A DNA stretch of 63,978 bases, the filler included, from Octopus bimaculoides (Eukaryota): the NCBI RefSeq assembly GCF_001194135.2. It is 8 parts of 8 records of this genome, joined end to end, with 100 filler letters (N's around TTAATTAATTAA, not from the genome) between each part and the next. Parts side by side here need not be neighbours in the genome. Positions count along the whole stretch, not along the records: positions 1 to 12,526 come from NC_068981.1; positions 12,627 to 17,998 come from NC_069008.1; positions 18,099 to 22,480 come from NC_069002.1; positions 22,581 to 28,276 come from NC_068996.1; 4 more parts are not named here. One strand, given 5' to 3'. Positions 9,868 to 23,955 of the stretch are shown here, in pieces; positions within the stretch are counted from its first letter, which is position 1, and each line of letters starts with the position of its first letter. Under the pieces are notes generated by a model. It saw only the letters and a list, made by a program, of their open reading frames with translations. It did not search any database and was not told the DNA's origin. The position numbers were made by a program, and so were the translations under genes.

Positions 9868-12570
9868 GAAAGAGAGAGATAGAGAGTGAGAGTTGTCCTA
9901 AAAAATTAGACTGGCTCATTACTGGAACTAATGCAACATGTGTGATGATATAACAACTCTTAACTACGGCTAACCGAATAAATAGTATGTCACTTCATGT
10001 ACCTTGCCTACAGGCGTCGACAACGATTGGAGCTTCATGCCCAAACCGAAAGATTTATCATTTTTCTTGGTTAAAGCTACAGTTGTGGTTTCTCGTTGCC
10101 TTCTGCCAGTTTATATGCATTTTATTCGACTAATCTGTTGTCACAAGACTCAGAGCTTATTTAACAGTTAGAGATGAGATTAGTTCACATGACATTAAAG
10201 CATGTCCACATTCTCTGCTGGGTCTATGTGACACATGTCTAAGGGATAATCCTTCTCCGAATCCTGCAAGTTTGAGCCAAATATCAGGGACCATCTGCTA
10301 TTTGGCTCAAACCTGGACCCCTTCTTTAGTACTATCACCCCTGGCCAGAGCGTGTTTCGAAGCAGCGGTAACTAAGGAATAATTTTGTACTCCTCCAAAC
10401 TTCTGAACTCCACAGCTAGAAATCTCATCACTGGATACAGTTTAATGTATTGTTCAGGACAAGATAAATAATGTTCTATATATTTAATAAGTGAGCTAGA
10501 TTAGGTTAGATTGGCCTGGAAACAATACCTGATTCAGGACCGACTCTTTGGTTGGCAGAACAGCATTTTCTCGGCTGGGCTAAATACCGTTTTTTTTTTA
10601 AATATTATTTTTGATGTCTGGTCAAAGGAAGAACGGCAACATCCAAGACCTTTTTGCAAGGGATCTCTGGTATTGAAAAAAGAAGGCAATACGACACATG
10701 GGTTGCTGCAGGTGAAGTAATGCATCAAAATATCGAATCATCCTTAAACTGGAAATCAGGCTCGAAGGTTTGCACAGTTTAGAATCTGTTTAAGGAACTA
10801 AAGAACCGAGGTAGTATTGTAAACCCCCGGGTGACGGATTTTGTCTACCATGTCTATTGACTGGTACAATCTATCCGAAGGGCATCCACACAGATTGTGT
10901 TAATCCAGTTTCACCAATAATCTTTAGTCAACCTGAAGCTGTAGAAAAAGACATTTGTCCAAAGTGCCGTAGAAAGGGGGCGAATCTAGGGCGATATGAT
11001 TGCACTGTAAATGTAATTACACGGCTTTGCCTACACCTGGTTTTTATTGTTTAAAGTTATAACAGTTGGGTTCGACCCCACGTTTGGCATGAAAATCACA
11101 TGTTGATCATGCGTGCTAATACAATTTCCATCCAGTCAACGACGACTTTCGTTCACGTGATAGTCTGGCGGCATGACGAGGACTTTCTGTGAACAGAGTC
11201 AACAAATACAGCTTATTTTAGCGCGAAAAGAGTAGAGTGTTTAGGTCCTTGGTGGAGCTTTCTTTCGACTCATAGCTGTCTTCACAGCTACATATTCAAG
11301 CACGATAGATGAAGAAACATACCGCGGCAACATGGCAACAAAAATATGCATTGATGTGTAAAAATTAGCCTAAATATTGAATTTCTGACAGAGATCTCCC
11401 ATGCTTGTAACATACGTCGTTTCATATAAAATGCACTCTTGTTTTAACCTTCTGTATTAATGTAGCAGTAAATGATGTATATGTATATTTAAAACAAGCC
11501 TTTCTTCATACCCACGCTACAGTATATTACTTGTAATCACCAATAAAAGAAACGTGTTAAGAAACATTATGATGTAGAGTAAAAATATACATAACAGTTT
11601 CAGTCAAAATAAGATCTGCGGCTTTTTGGAACAACAAACCTGACTAAATAAACGTTTCTTTCTTTCTCTTGTTAAGTGTATACTTAAGTGCTACGGCAAA
11701 GTTTTCATGCTTTTCAATGTCCTTGCTTAGTTATCTAATTAACGAGCTGTTTTATTTTATGCCGTTCCACTTGTATCTCACTAACAGATGTCAACAAGAT
11801 GAACGTGAATCCAGCATTATATTCTTATCTTACAAAATTACGCTGCTATACTCCAGTGTCAATATGTGTTATCAAGTTATTTCATTTAACATACTTCCAC
11901 TACTCTCTGTTGAAATTACTGTTTTATCACGCATGTTATTGTTAAATAGGAGGTTTTTCTTTTAATCACTTCAAATTTGTAAGTCAACCTCACTCTATTT
12001 CCATTGCCACAAATGCAAGGGAAGTACAATAATTGCCATGCTGAATTTGACATATATGTAACGACCGTGCGAAGCGAGGTGACAAGAATGGCTCCTTAGT
12101 ACATCGCACCGTCGATACAATAAATATAAAAAGAATATATGCGTATATTTACCAGAGGCAGTGGCCCGGGAACAAAATTTGCTTAGGGGGTGCAAACTCA
12201 GTTCCAAAATTTGGCACTACTGGAGAAGTGTGGATCCAAGTTCTGGGAGTGTGCATGTCACAAATTTGCGCATGCGCATGCGTTATTCGTAAGTAGTCGA
12301 ATTTAGCACACAGGTAAAAAAACGAGACGCTCGCGACTTGCTGTAAATGGAGGGTTGGTTATCCATCTAATACAAGAAGAAAATTGCAGATAAATTGAAT
12401 AAAAACATGAAAAATAACAAAATGATATTTCATTGAAAAGTAAACCATTCTGAAAGATAGTTCAGAATGTTTTCAAAACATTTATCTCCAGCTTTTCCCA
12501 TATTTTATTAAGGGTTAGGGATTATGNNNNNNNNNNNNNNNNNNNNNNNNNNNNNNNNNNNNNNNNNNNN

Positions 12571-12582
12571 TTAATTAATTAA
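12571..12582. other. Artificial gap linker TTAATTAATTAA (also at 18043, 22525, 28321, 43477, 47491, 56717)
   Basis: The identical 12-mer sits between 44-N runs at 12527-12626 and between N runs at the six other sites. It gives stops in all six frames. Confidence 0.95.
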
Positions 12583-12626
12583 NNNNNNNNNNNNNNNNNN
12601 NNNNNNNNNNNNNNNNNNNNNNNNNN

Positions 12627-12915
12627 ATAATAATAATAATGATAATAATAATGATAATAATAATGATAATAGTAATGATAATAATGATGATGATGATGAT
12701 GATGATGAATAGCAACAAACATTAACAAATGATGATAAGGTGGAGGAGGAGGTGGAGGAGTGGGAGGAGGAGGAGTGGGAGGAGGAGGAGTGGGAGGAGG
12801 AATGGCAACAGACAATAACAAATAATAATGATGATGATGATGACGATGATGATAATGATGAATAGCAACAAACAATAACAGATGATGATGATTATGATGA
12901 TGATGATGATGATGA
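12627..12915. repeat. Compound (TAA)/(TGA)/(GGA) trinucleotide microsatellite
   Basis: Direct reading of the sequence. Confidence 0.9.
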
Positions 12916-13284
12916 TTGCTAAAATAGTGAGAAGACCACAGATTCCAGGAGAGGAGAAAATTTGAGTTGCAAAAGAAAAAAAGGAAAAAAAAAATCGGGT
13001 AGTATGAGCCCTGGAAGAAAGAAAGGCGATGTACAACTCGTAAGGAATTGAACCCAGAATATAAAAGGACATACTAGAAAGACATCCGGTCTGATGCTCT
13101 ACCAATTCTGGCAAAAAGAATCTCATAACATATTATAAGAAGGGTTACATAGTTTGGCAAAAAGCCAGCAATTTTATTGGCAAGGGGTCAGTCAATTACA
13201 TCGACCCCTCAGTATGCAGCTGGTATTTTTTTATCAGCCCTATAATGATACAATGCAAAAGTTGACCTCAGGAGAATTTGAAGT

Positions 13285-13360
13285 AATAATAGTAGTAGTA
13301 ATAATAATAATAATAATAATAATAATAGTAATAGTAATAATAACAATCGTAGTAGTAGTA

Positions 13361-13396
<36 letters not shown>

Positions 13397-13478
13397 GTAA
13401 TAATAATGATAATAATAATAATTCTTTCTACTGGAGCACAAAGCCCGAAATTTGTTGGGAGGGGACTAGTCAGTTATG

Positions 13479-13533
<55 letters not shown>

Positions 13534-13545
13534 TGATGATGATAA
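13285..13545. repeat. (TAA/TAG)n microsatellite arrays
   Basis: Direct reading of the sequence. Confidence 0.9.
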
Positions 13546-13977
13546 TAATCCTTTCTATTATAGGCACAAGGCCAGAAATTTGGTGGGAAGGATGAATGGC
13601 AAAGATGCCCTCAGAACCATTTGAACTGAGAATTCAAAGAACCAGTACAAACACCACGAGAAATATTTCGTCAGATGCTCAAACCATTCTGCTAATCGAC
13701 TAATCTACAAATGGAAGTGATACAATTTATTGGGTTGGCACCAGTGCTGGATTAACCATTAAGGAAAATTAGCATGTGCTAAGAGCATCAAGGGAGGGGA
13801 GGGGTACCACAGAAATGGTAAATGGTTTACGGTTTACAATTAAAAAAAGGAGAAAACCTTTCAAATATAAATAAAGTGGAAGTATACAAAAATAAACATT
13901 ATTTTCCCTGTTTTGTTTTGTTTTGAAAAATAAAAAATTTATTTTATGGTTTATGAATTAGTTACATTTTGAATTAC

Positions 13978-14014
<37 letters not shown>

Positions 14015-14439
14015 NNNNNNNNNNNNNNNNNNNNNNNNNNNNNNNNNNNNNNNNNNNNNNNNNNNNNNNNNNNNNNNNNNNNNNNNNNNNNNNNNNNNNN
14101 NNNNNNNNNNNNNNNNNNNNNNNNNNNNNNNNNNNNNNNNNNNNNNNNNNNNNNNNNNNNNNNNNNNNNNNNNNNNNNNNNNNNNNNNNNNNNNNNNNNN
14201 NNNNNNNNNNNNNNNNNNNNNNNNNNNNNNNNNNNNNNNNNNNNNNNNNNNNNNNNNNNNNNNNNNNNNNNNNNNNNNNNNNNNNNNNNNNNNNNNNNNN
14301 NNNNNNNNNNNNNNNNNNNNNNNNNNNNNNNNNNNNNNNNNNNNNNNNNNNNNNNNNNNNNNNNNNNNNNNNNNNNNNNNNNNNNNNNNNNNNNNNNNNN
14401 NNNNNNNNNNNNNNNNNNNNNNNNNNNNNNNNNNNNNNN

Positions 14440-14745
14440 TGTGAGTGTTTATTGAGCAAAAACACCTAAAGCTCCACGAGGCTCCGGCAGGGGATGGTGG
14501 CGAACCCTGCTGTACTTTTTCACCACAGCTTTCTCTCACTCTTTCTTCCTGTTTCTGTTGTACCTGTAATTCAAAGGGGCCAGCCTTGTCACACTCTGTG
14601 TCACTCTGAATCTTCCCAAGAACTACGTTAAGGGGACACATGTCTTTGGAGTGCTCAGCCACTTGCACGTTAATTTCACGAGCAGGCTGTTCTGTTGATT
14701 GGATCAAGTGGAACCCTCATCATCATAACCAACAGAGTGGCCATA
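14440..14745 (+). mobile_element. tRNA-derived SINE, family C (5' end lost in a gap)
   Basis: Colinear with the full copy at 57956-58325 (aacacctaaagctccacgaggctcc...gagtgctcagccacttgcacgttaatttcacg). Confidence 0.85.
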
Positions 14746-16757
14746 GTATATATATTCAGGTAAAAGAGCAGCAGGGACAAAATTAGCCTATGAGAGGCCA
14801 AATTTTGCATCTAGGAGTCGGGGTGAATTTTGAAGAGTGTTTTGGAAAGACAGTGCATCTGATATGCCATCAAATATAGCAGATCCTAGCAGACTCCTTA
14901 TTTCTAGATTCCACAAGTTCTACATATTTCTATGGCATAGATAGTGAATAACCATGACAACGATCATTTTGTTGAGCACCCATATCAAGGACAGGGTAAC
15001 AGAACAAGAAAACAAAAACATAATAATTTCTGAGTTTGTTACAGCAAGAAGCAATTTTAGATGGGAGACATGTGCTCCATCAATTTCAGTAATGTTTATT
15101 TTATTTCATTTCTGTTGAGTTGTAGGGGTCATAATACCAGTTAGCCAGTACCCAAGGTGTATAAGTGACCGAGATAACGATTCTCTACCCACTTCAAGGT
15201 GACACTGGTCTTTTGCAGGGTTCCAGACCTGTAATTTTGAGGGGAAAAGATAAGTGAATCACATCAGCCCCACTACATCCCTGCTACTTTATTTTATTGA
15301 CCCTCAAATGGATTAACATGAAAGGCATAGTTGACCTCATTGTGATTCGGATTCAGAAGGTAAAGGGCTGGAATTCTTCTATATTTATTAAGCCTTAGGA
15401 CCCCAAAGGGCCAGTTACCTGCTTTCCATGGTGCATTAGCAACTGAGATCACAACAGACTCCCTGAACAGGGTGCCAGCCGATTGTGGGGTTGAAAAACA
15501 GCACATTTGAGGCAGGAAGGGGCAAGGTGACTACATCGACCCTAGTGTTTGACTGGCACTTAGTTATATCACTCACCACCATACACACACACACACACAC
15601 ACACACGCTCAAAAAAAAAAAAGGAAAGAAACGGCGAAAGACAAAATGGGCCTCAGCAGAATTTGAACTGAGATTCCAAAGAGCTGGAAAAAGTGTTTTG
15701 TCTGATGTGCTGCTAATGATTCTACCAGCAGACCACCTTAACAATACTGGCAATTGACTAGTAATTATTTGATCAACCTGGTTAATGTTGAGAGATAACG
15801 TGTTTATGTTTGTTTGGATTTTGACATGAATTGTACAGTCATTCAACTAAATAAGGCAAAGCATTTGGGATGGCATACTTATTAGTTCTGCATGTTTACA
15901 AAATAATATCAATGATTTCGTTTCTTTGTACATAGGGGCAGCAGATGATGGAGGCATTACAAGGACAAGTTAGAATTTGCAGGAGGGTTTAAATAAAAGA
16001 TGAGGAGAAAGTGAAATCAGATAAAATTATACATAGTATAGCATTCATTGTTGATGTCTGTGAAGATGACAAGATAAGCAGGTTTAGAGTTTGTGGTTCG
16101 TCAGATGGCTTATTAGGCTGATATTAACACGGAGGACTCAGATACACTGGGAGCATGTAATAGCAGGGTGAGGGCATGGTAGGAAAGACTGTGGCTTTCC
16201 ATGTGATCCTTCTCTCCAGTTTCTCTGATCCTTTCTCATTGTCACTACTACACTCCAGAGTACAGAGTACTCTATCCTCCAGGGGAGCATAAATATGTGA
16301 ACACATTTGTGATGCAGTCCTCCTCATGGAGGAGAAGAACCTCCAATGAGGGCCAATCAACAAACCTCACAGACCCAGGATCACTCCGGCCATCAAATGC
16401 ACAAGCCCTCAACCAACAGTTGTTCTCCAAGAGGAAGGTGGGGGCCACGATGCAGTTAACTACAACGAATACCACTAGTCCACTGGTACTTTATTTCATT
16501 GGTCCCCTTCAAGAACGAAAGACAAGACTGGAACCCAAAAATGAAAAGAACCGGAACAAATGGCACAAGAAGTTTTTGGCAATATTCCAGTGAAACTCTT
16601 AGCTGACTGCATTTAATAATAATACTAATACTACTACTAATAATAACATTGATAATAATAATAACAACAACAACAATAATAATAATGATAACAATAATAA
16701 TATATTACATGTTTACATTTACAAATATATGCATATGCATATAACAAGGTGTGCATG

Positions 16758-16789
<32 letters not shown>

Positions 16790-18098
16790 NNNNNNNNNNN
16801 NNNNNNNNNNNNNNNNNNNNNNNNNNNNNNNNNNNNNNNNNNNNNNNNNNNNNNNNNNNNNNNNNNNNNNNNNNNNNNNNNNNNNNNNNNNNNNNNNNNN
16901 NNNNNNNNNNNNNNNNNNNNNNNNNNNNNNNNNNNNNNNNNNNNNNNNNNNNNNNNNNNNNNNNNNNNNNNNNNNNNNNNNNNNNNNNNNNNNNNNNNNN
17001 NNNNNNNNNNNNNNNNNNNNNNNNNNNNNNNNNNNNNNNNNNNNNNNNNNNNNNNNNNNNNNNNNNNNNNNNNNNNNNNNNNNNNNNNNNNNNNNNNNNN
17101 NNNNNNNNNNNNNNNNNNNNNNNNNNNNNNNNNNNNNNNNNNNNNNNNNNNNNNNNNNNNNNNNNNNNNNNNNNNNNNNNNNNNNNNNNNNNNNNNNNNN
17201 NNNNNNNNNNNNNNNNNNNNNNNNNNNNNNNNNNNNNNNNNNNNNNNNNNNNNNNNNNNNNNNNNNNNNNNNNNNNNNNNNNNNNNNNNNNNNNNNNNNN
17301 NNNNNNNNNNNNNNNNNNNNNNNNNNNNNNNNNNNNNNNNNNNNNNNNNNNNNNNNNNNNNNNNNNNNNNNNNNNNNNNNNNNNNNNNNNNNNNNNNNNN
17401 NNNNNNNNNNNNNNNNNNNNNNNNNNNNNNNNNNNNNNNNNNNNNNNNNNNNNNTTGATAATAATAATAACAACAACAACAATAATAATAATGATAACAA
17501 TAATAACATATTACATGTTTACATTTACAAATATATGCATATGCATATAACAAGGTGTGCATGTATATATATATATATACATGTATAGATATATACATAA
17601 ATACGTATACATACCTATAGATAATTCAATATAAATCCAACATGTCATTAAAAGCTTATAAAATACGAAATATGAAAGTACCAAAGCTATATATCACATA
17701 ATACATACATAGGTACAGATAAACACACACACACATACACACAAGCGCATGCACACACACACAAACACACGCACGCCCATGCAAGCATATACATACATAT
17801 ATACACATATACAAATATGTATGTAAATATGCATAAATATGCATGTGTGTGTGTGTGTGTGTGTTTGTGCATAAGTTGCATCATTATATACTTGGTTTTT
17901 AACTGAAACAAAATGGGGTATAAACACATATGAGTAAATATGGTGTGTGTATATCTATCTATCTATCTATCTATCTAACTATCTATCTATTTAATCTANN
18001 NNNNNNNNNNNNNNNNNNNNNNNNNNNNNNNNNNNNNNNNNNTTAATTAATTAANNNNNNNNNNNNNNNNNNNNNNNNNNNNNNNNNNNNNNNNNNNN

Positions 18099-18240
18099 TC
18101 CTGTTTCTCGCGTTCAGCTCTGTCTTCAGTATTGCTCTCACCCTGCGATAACATTCTCTTCTGATCCTTTCCCTCATCACTGAATGCTTGATATTGTCCC
18201 CTTCAATTACCCCTAGGTATTTGTAGCTCTCCGCTGGTTC
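18099..18240 (-). mobile_element. R4/Dong RT C-terminal (thumb) fragment
   Basis: Minus strand reads EPAESYKYLGVIEGDNIKHSVMREK(I)RRECYRRVRAILKTELNARN. Confidence 0.8.
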
Positions 18241-18242
18241 TA

Positions 18243-18309
<67 letters not shown>

Positions 18310-18310
<1 letters not shown>

Positions 18311-19045
18311 GTTTAACTTTTGCTTTGTATTTTTACAAGTTGTCTCCAAGTTTCACTCAGAGACCTCAAGAGACAACAAGTTAGAAGTTCACGTAAGCGT
18401 TATGCTTAGGGTGTCATATATTTGGTTTCATACATAGTATTGTTCTAGAGAATGTTTAAGAAACCATGAGTACTATCTTTTGAATTTCTGCCATTTTGGG
18501 GGTTTCCTAGTATCTGAGCTAGGTAGCATTCTACCCCTTTTGCTATCATTCCTAGGGCACCTATGACAACAGGTATTGTTTTAATCTTCAGGTTCCACAT
18601 GTTGCCAATTTCTATTTGAAGATCTTTATACTTGCTCAGTTTTTTGGCAGGTCTTGACAAATACGTTTATACTGATTAGAACAGCCATATCAATGAGGAG
18701 GCATGATTTTTGTCTGAAGTCTTTCAACATAATGTCTGGCTTTTTGCATCTATCTTACTGTCAGTTTGAATGGTGAAGTGCCAGAGGAGTGAGATGTGAT
18801 CATTTTTAAGCACTGGAGGTGGTTTGTATTCCCACTAGTTTTTATCATGGGGCAGGTCTAGGTTTTTTACAAATTACCCAGTGAATATATTGTGCAGGTC
18901 TATCATGCCTGTTGAGATACTCTTTAGGTGCAAGAAGACTGCACATGGAGACAACATGATCAATGGTTTCAGTTTGTTGTTGACATATACATGTTGGGCA
19001 GCTGCCGTTCTTTAAAAGTGGTGAATGCAAATCTGTTTGCAATAT
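18310..19045 (-). mobile_element. R4/Dong 3' end: zinc-knuckle region, restriction-like endonuclease and 3' UTR running into (TAA)n
   Basis: CPTCICQQQTETIDHVVSMCSLLAPKEYLNRHD..AQYIHW and KLSKYKDLQIEIGNMWNLKIKTIPVVIGALG. The 3' UTR at 18361-18391 is the exact reverse complement of 35841-35871. It abuts (TTA)n at 18244-18308. Confidence 0.88.
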
Positions 19046-20899
19046 CGTAGTTAATATATAAATGATGTCAAATTCTTGTGGTGTAGAACAATATACGTTT
19101 TCGACATTGTAACTTTCCTGAATCCTATAATTATGGATTCTAATTTATCCGGACATTGAATATGTAAAGTCATACACTGACTTATAGTTTATCCAGTCAA
19201 ACGCGGTGGCAGAATCGTTAGCACGCCGGAGAAAATGATGAGTGGCATTTCGTTCCTCTTCACGTACTGGGTTCAAATTCTACTGAGATCGACTTTGCTT
19301 TCCATTCTTTGAGATAATTGTTGTACCAGTCTGATATTGGGGGACGACTGAGCCACATCCCCACAATCTTTTGTAGGAAAAGAAATCACTTTTCGGCTTT
19401 TTTTGGTCGAGATTAACGTATAGTATGTAACTTCTTCCGTGTCTGTCCGATGTAATCTTATATTGTCTTGTTTTTCCTCCTTTAAAAGTCATGAAAGACT
19501 CCCCTACAAATCTGATGCCCTTCAGGTAGGAAATGATATCTTTTGGGGGGGTGTTGCTGTGCCTTCTTAGTGTTAATGTTAAGATTTTCTAGAAGTTATA
19601 AAGACTTATGGTTGGTCTATACTTTTCGCGAGTCATTTTATCTTATGTCTTTGGCTAGAGGAATGTTTATCATTTCTTCAGCTACTTTGATATCTGGAAT
19701 AGGCATCAGTAAAGCTGGAGGTGTTCCATCGAGAAATAATTCAACGTTACTTCTTGAGGCGATTTCCCATATCTGTTTCCCAAAATGGTTTTCTCCTATA
19801 ATACCTTCCAATCCTTCATCTGCCACATAAAACTCTTTTTGTTTTCTAATTACTCCACAAAGTCCTTCTCTTTAAACATTTTTGCGTATTTGTTTCATTT
19901 GTTTGTGTGAAATTTTCCATTCGCAACTTTTTCTGTCTACCTCTAGACATAGCTTTTGTTATGTCCACCTCTAGACATAGCTTTCGTTATGCTTTTTGTG
20001 GGGGAGATCAAAATTCTGCTAGCTATATCTTGTGTGGAATAATTTCTTCCAAAACAAGATAGGTTTATCTTCTATAACGTGCCTCATTTGAAATCTAACA
20101 TTCTATTTCTGCTACACTCACCGTTATAAGTATGTCATTTATTAGCTCCTTAACAACTTCCTAACGTATGATGCGCTTGTTTAGTTAAGGCCCCGATCCC
20201 ATGTTGAATGTCATCTTGGTAAATCGTACATTATTACATTTGTATTTTGATTCAAAAGTTTATCTTTTTCTGAACGCTATGTTGTGTCGACTGTTATAGT
20301 TTGAAGACTTCCGCACCCAGATACACGACGGAGAACACTCAATTGCATTGGTGTTACAGAACAAGAAATTGTGGACCTACCGTAGCTAATTGAGGGCAGA
20401 GATATTGAGGCATCATTATGAGATGCATCTTGGTTGTGGCTGCTTGAAACTGATAATGATCTGTAAAGAATATTTATAAAACTTTAATTATTATATCTAT
20501 TATTCTAGAATTGCACAAATCTTTCCAGGTCATTGATCACTATATTTTGTCACTAGTTTGAACAGACGATCCATAAAACTAAAGTAAGCACAGAGCAATG
20601 TTACACAATTAATATCATGATCAAACTGTAGCTTTGGTTAGGACAAAATCATTGTGAATCTGCCCAAAATTTATTTCTTTAAATAAAATTTCTGTACATA
20701 ACAATCTTTCCCCGAATGCGTGATATATTTAAAATAATCAATATCAATATCGGGGTCAAGGGCACTATTTTAAAATGTTTATTTTCGTATTCATTCATTA
20801 TTTTTCTTGGAATAATTTCCGTTGCACTTTCTGCTATAACATTTCTTATTAGAGGGTTTTATTATTTTTGTTTTATCTTGTTTAATTTTTACTGTTAAA

Positions 20900-21700
20900 T
20901 TGTTTCTCTTAATTTTTAAGTTTTTATTATCTTGGACATTAAAAGCTGCGGATGTTTACGGAGACCTTTATAACCGAACGGACACAATCGTTTGTGCGTC
21001 GGACATAGTGTTTAGCGCAATGAACGAAGTGTGAAAATGTTGATAGAAAGAAGGAAAAAAAATGAAACAATAGAAAGAATAATACAGTCGTACAAAATTT
21101 AGATATATATATATACTTACATATAAGACACCAAATTGTACGTACGCCGCTATATTTTATATATGAAAAAATATAAAATGGGACAAGAACGCAAAACATC
21201 CAGACAGTTAGGTGATACAAAAAAAGGGACAACAAAGCATCCAGATAGACGATACAAAGAAAAGAAGGACGGGTCATTTGGAGTTTTCATTCTTCAGTCG
21301 AGTAACAGATTATCTTTGTAGTTTCTGGTTATACTCGAGATTGCTCCAATCTGGCCAGCCCCAAGGAAAAACTAAGCTAAGAGCATTAGATTCCTTGGAA
21401 GAAAGCAGCGAATGTATTCGAAAACAAGGACGGAAAGAAACAGAGAAATGTTACACAAATACAAAAGCAATTAACAGGTCGTAACAACAGGTGTCTTTCG
21501 ACTAAGGACGAATTAAATTAAGCTGGCGTGTGTGGAAGTAAAGCCTTAAGGCATGGACAACAGATTTAACAGGCACGGGAAGGAATATAGATGTTGCACG
21601 GATGGTAGTCGAACGAAGAAAGGTTAGGCCTGGCCGAACACCGGTCACTTGGAGAAAGAAGAGAGAGAAGTAGAGGAAGAGAGATAGACGAATGTATACT
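20900..21700. repeat. Unclassified interspersed-repeat-like segment
   Basis: Complex sequence richer in CpG than its flanks and bounded by microsatellites. It resembles a remembered cephalopod repeat; no ORF was recognised. Confidence 0.3.
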
Positions 21701-21913
21701 ATTTATATTATACATATATGTGTGTGTGTATGTATATTATTATTGTTAACTATTCTATTCATAATTAAAACAGAACAAGGTAAGTTGGCCTTTTCCAAGG
21801 CCAAGGTCTCTCGTTGGCCGCTCGTAGTAGTAAACACATTTGACCTCAGATGACTGCAATGCTGTGACGCTTCTTTTGCTCCTTGTTCGCATTACTACTG
21901 CTTGGTACTGTTG

Positions 21914-21973
<60 letters not shown>

Positions 21974-22039
21974 ATAATAATAATAATAATAATAATGATA
22001 ATGTAGAAAATGTAGAAAACGCTAACATCTGTCTTGACT

Positions 22040-22150
22040 GAATATACCTATCATTTTTTAATAGAAAGTGGCATATTCCCTAATGAGCAAAATGGATGTA
22101 AACGTGGTTTCTATGGTTGTAAAGATCAGCTACTCATCAATAAGATGATC
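22040..22150 (+). mobile_element. R4/Dong RT fragment
   Basis: IESGIFPNEQNGCKRGFYGCKDQLLINKMI matches the EQKGC...G.KDQLLIDK motif. Confidence 0.8.
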
Positions 22151-22374
22151 TCTCCCACTACTCATCTTCGTGATCAGAGATGAATAATCATCAGCCACCG
22201 AGGGACATGCTGAACTGGTTATGGTCAAACAACTGACAAGCAAACATGTGGTATTTTGTAGAATATTTGCTGTAGCCCATCTTTTATACCAAGACAAAAC
22301 AATGTACATGATAACACTTCCAATCACTTAAGATCAGAAACCATGAGAGCCAGTGCTTGCTACTGCATCAGGGC
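22150..22374 (-). mobile_element. Repeat module starting directly after (TAA)n; candidate 5' end of the Dong-like family
   Basis: Minus strand gccctgatgcagtagcaagcactggctctcatggtttctgatcttaagtgattggaagtg matches 37196-37260 (+). Both copies follow TAA arrays. Confidence 0.5.
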
Positions 22375-22480
<106 letters not shown>

Positions 22481-23878
22481 NNNNNNNNNNNNNNNNNNNN
22501 NNNNNNNNNNNNNNNNNNNNNNNNTTAATTAATTAANNNNNNNNNNNNNNNNNNNNNNNNNNNNNNNNNNNNNNNNNNNNAACACTATAAAGGAGTAAAA
22601 AAAATCCAGACAAAAAACAAAAAGGCAAAAGGGAGTCACTTACTGTTATAGTTTCTGCAATAACAATATTGACCAAGGTTACCGTGGTCTTTTCCGTAGG
22701 CTTTTCTTTCCACGGTTAAACCTAAACTGTCCTCCCCTCTTTTTACACCAGAACATTACTGTGATACACGATCCCTATTGATCGCTTTTTTTTTCTTCGG
22801 TCCCTTTTGATCGAACTCCCCCCTTTTTTCCTTTCTACGATCCCTTTTGATCGACACCCACCCCTACTTTTTTTCTCTTCCTTCCCCCTCCCCAAAAGAA
22901 AAGCTCTACATTGTATTCGTCCTATATTTACCTATAGTATTCTCCATGAGCGCCTACATAGATGTAGTGTGTGTGTGTATATATATATATGCGTGTGTGT
23001 GTATGCATACGTAAACGTATAGGTTACAGTCATTTAGTTAAACATTTTGGAATCAGAGATGGAGACATGAGTTTCTGTAGTTATAGCCAATGTTGTACTA
23101 TGACTATCATAAATTTCCGCTTTTTTTTTAAAAAAAAAAGAAGAAAGCTTTTTATCTTATAATCAAAAAGAAACTCGATATTTAGTCTGTAGTAAAGATA
23201 TATTTAAAGCATTAATATTAGTGAAACATAAATTAACTTTGAGCTAACCAAATCCAACAAACCATCTGCTGGGCGAAGCTGAGAGAGGAACAGTGTCGCT
23301 TGTTAAGACTGCTTTTATGAGGTGATATCAAAGCTATAACCAAACTTGAACCTTTCGATATGCTGGTTTTTCTATGTATTACATAAATCTTCAACATATT
23401 TATCTTCAAACAGAACGGTGCTATGAAGCCGGACTTCAGTTTGCAAACAAACGCCAAGCAAAGAAAAACCGGATTCATCCTTATAATATTAGATACACTC
23501 ACAAAATCTACCCGCATGGAGATCATGTGGATTCAATCAATACAAATAGTAGAGGTTGATCGATTCTTCACTTCAAAGGAATAGTTGACACGCTACTAAA
23601 AATGTGTTGCTAATACGACTCCAAGAAAGAAACGATAAACTATTCAGTCAAGTTCAGCTAATATACGCAATAAATGTTATTACAAAAGCAATAAATAATA
23701 TATAACATGAAACTACTAAAGGATAAAGTTATATTAAAGGATAAAGTTAGATACATTAAAAGGCAAAGTGAAAGTGTAAAAGAATATGCAGAACAGAAGT
23801 GTGCTTGAATAAAGAAAATGAAATGCTTCCATTCACGACGCATAATTGAAATGAAGAATATTCGAACATAGAAAAAAG

Positions 23879-23955
<77 letters not shown>

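Noticed and set aside
12571-12582. Recurrent TTAATTAATTAA palindrome at seven sites
   Set aside because: It always sits between N runs and gives six-frame stops, so it is an assembly linker rather than biology.
16100-16600. Overlapping ORFs in a moderately GC-rich stretch
   Set aside because: No recognisable domain or splice structure; it may be old repeat sequence.
16640-17580. About 140-bp direct repeat either side of a gap (also 53655-53800 versus 54301-54430, and 55205-55264 versus 55277-55330)
   Set aside because: Near-identical sequence on both sides of N runs is most likely unmerged contig overlap or haplotype duplication.
21265-21305. CTGAAGA-containing hammerhead-like string on the minus strand
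   Set aside because: There is no GAAA and stem I does not pair, so too many repairs are needed.
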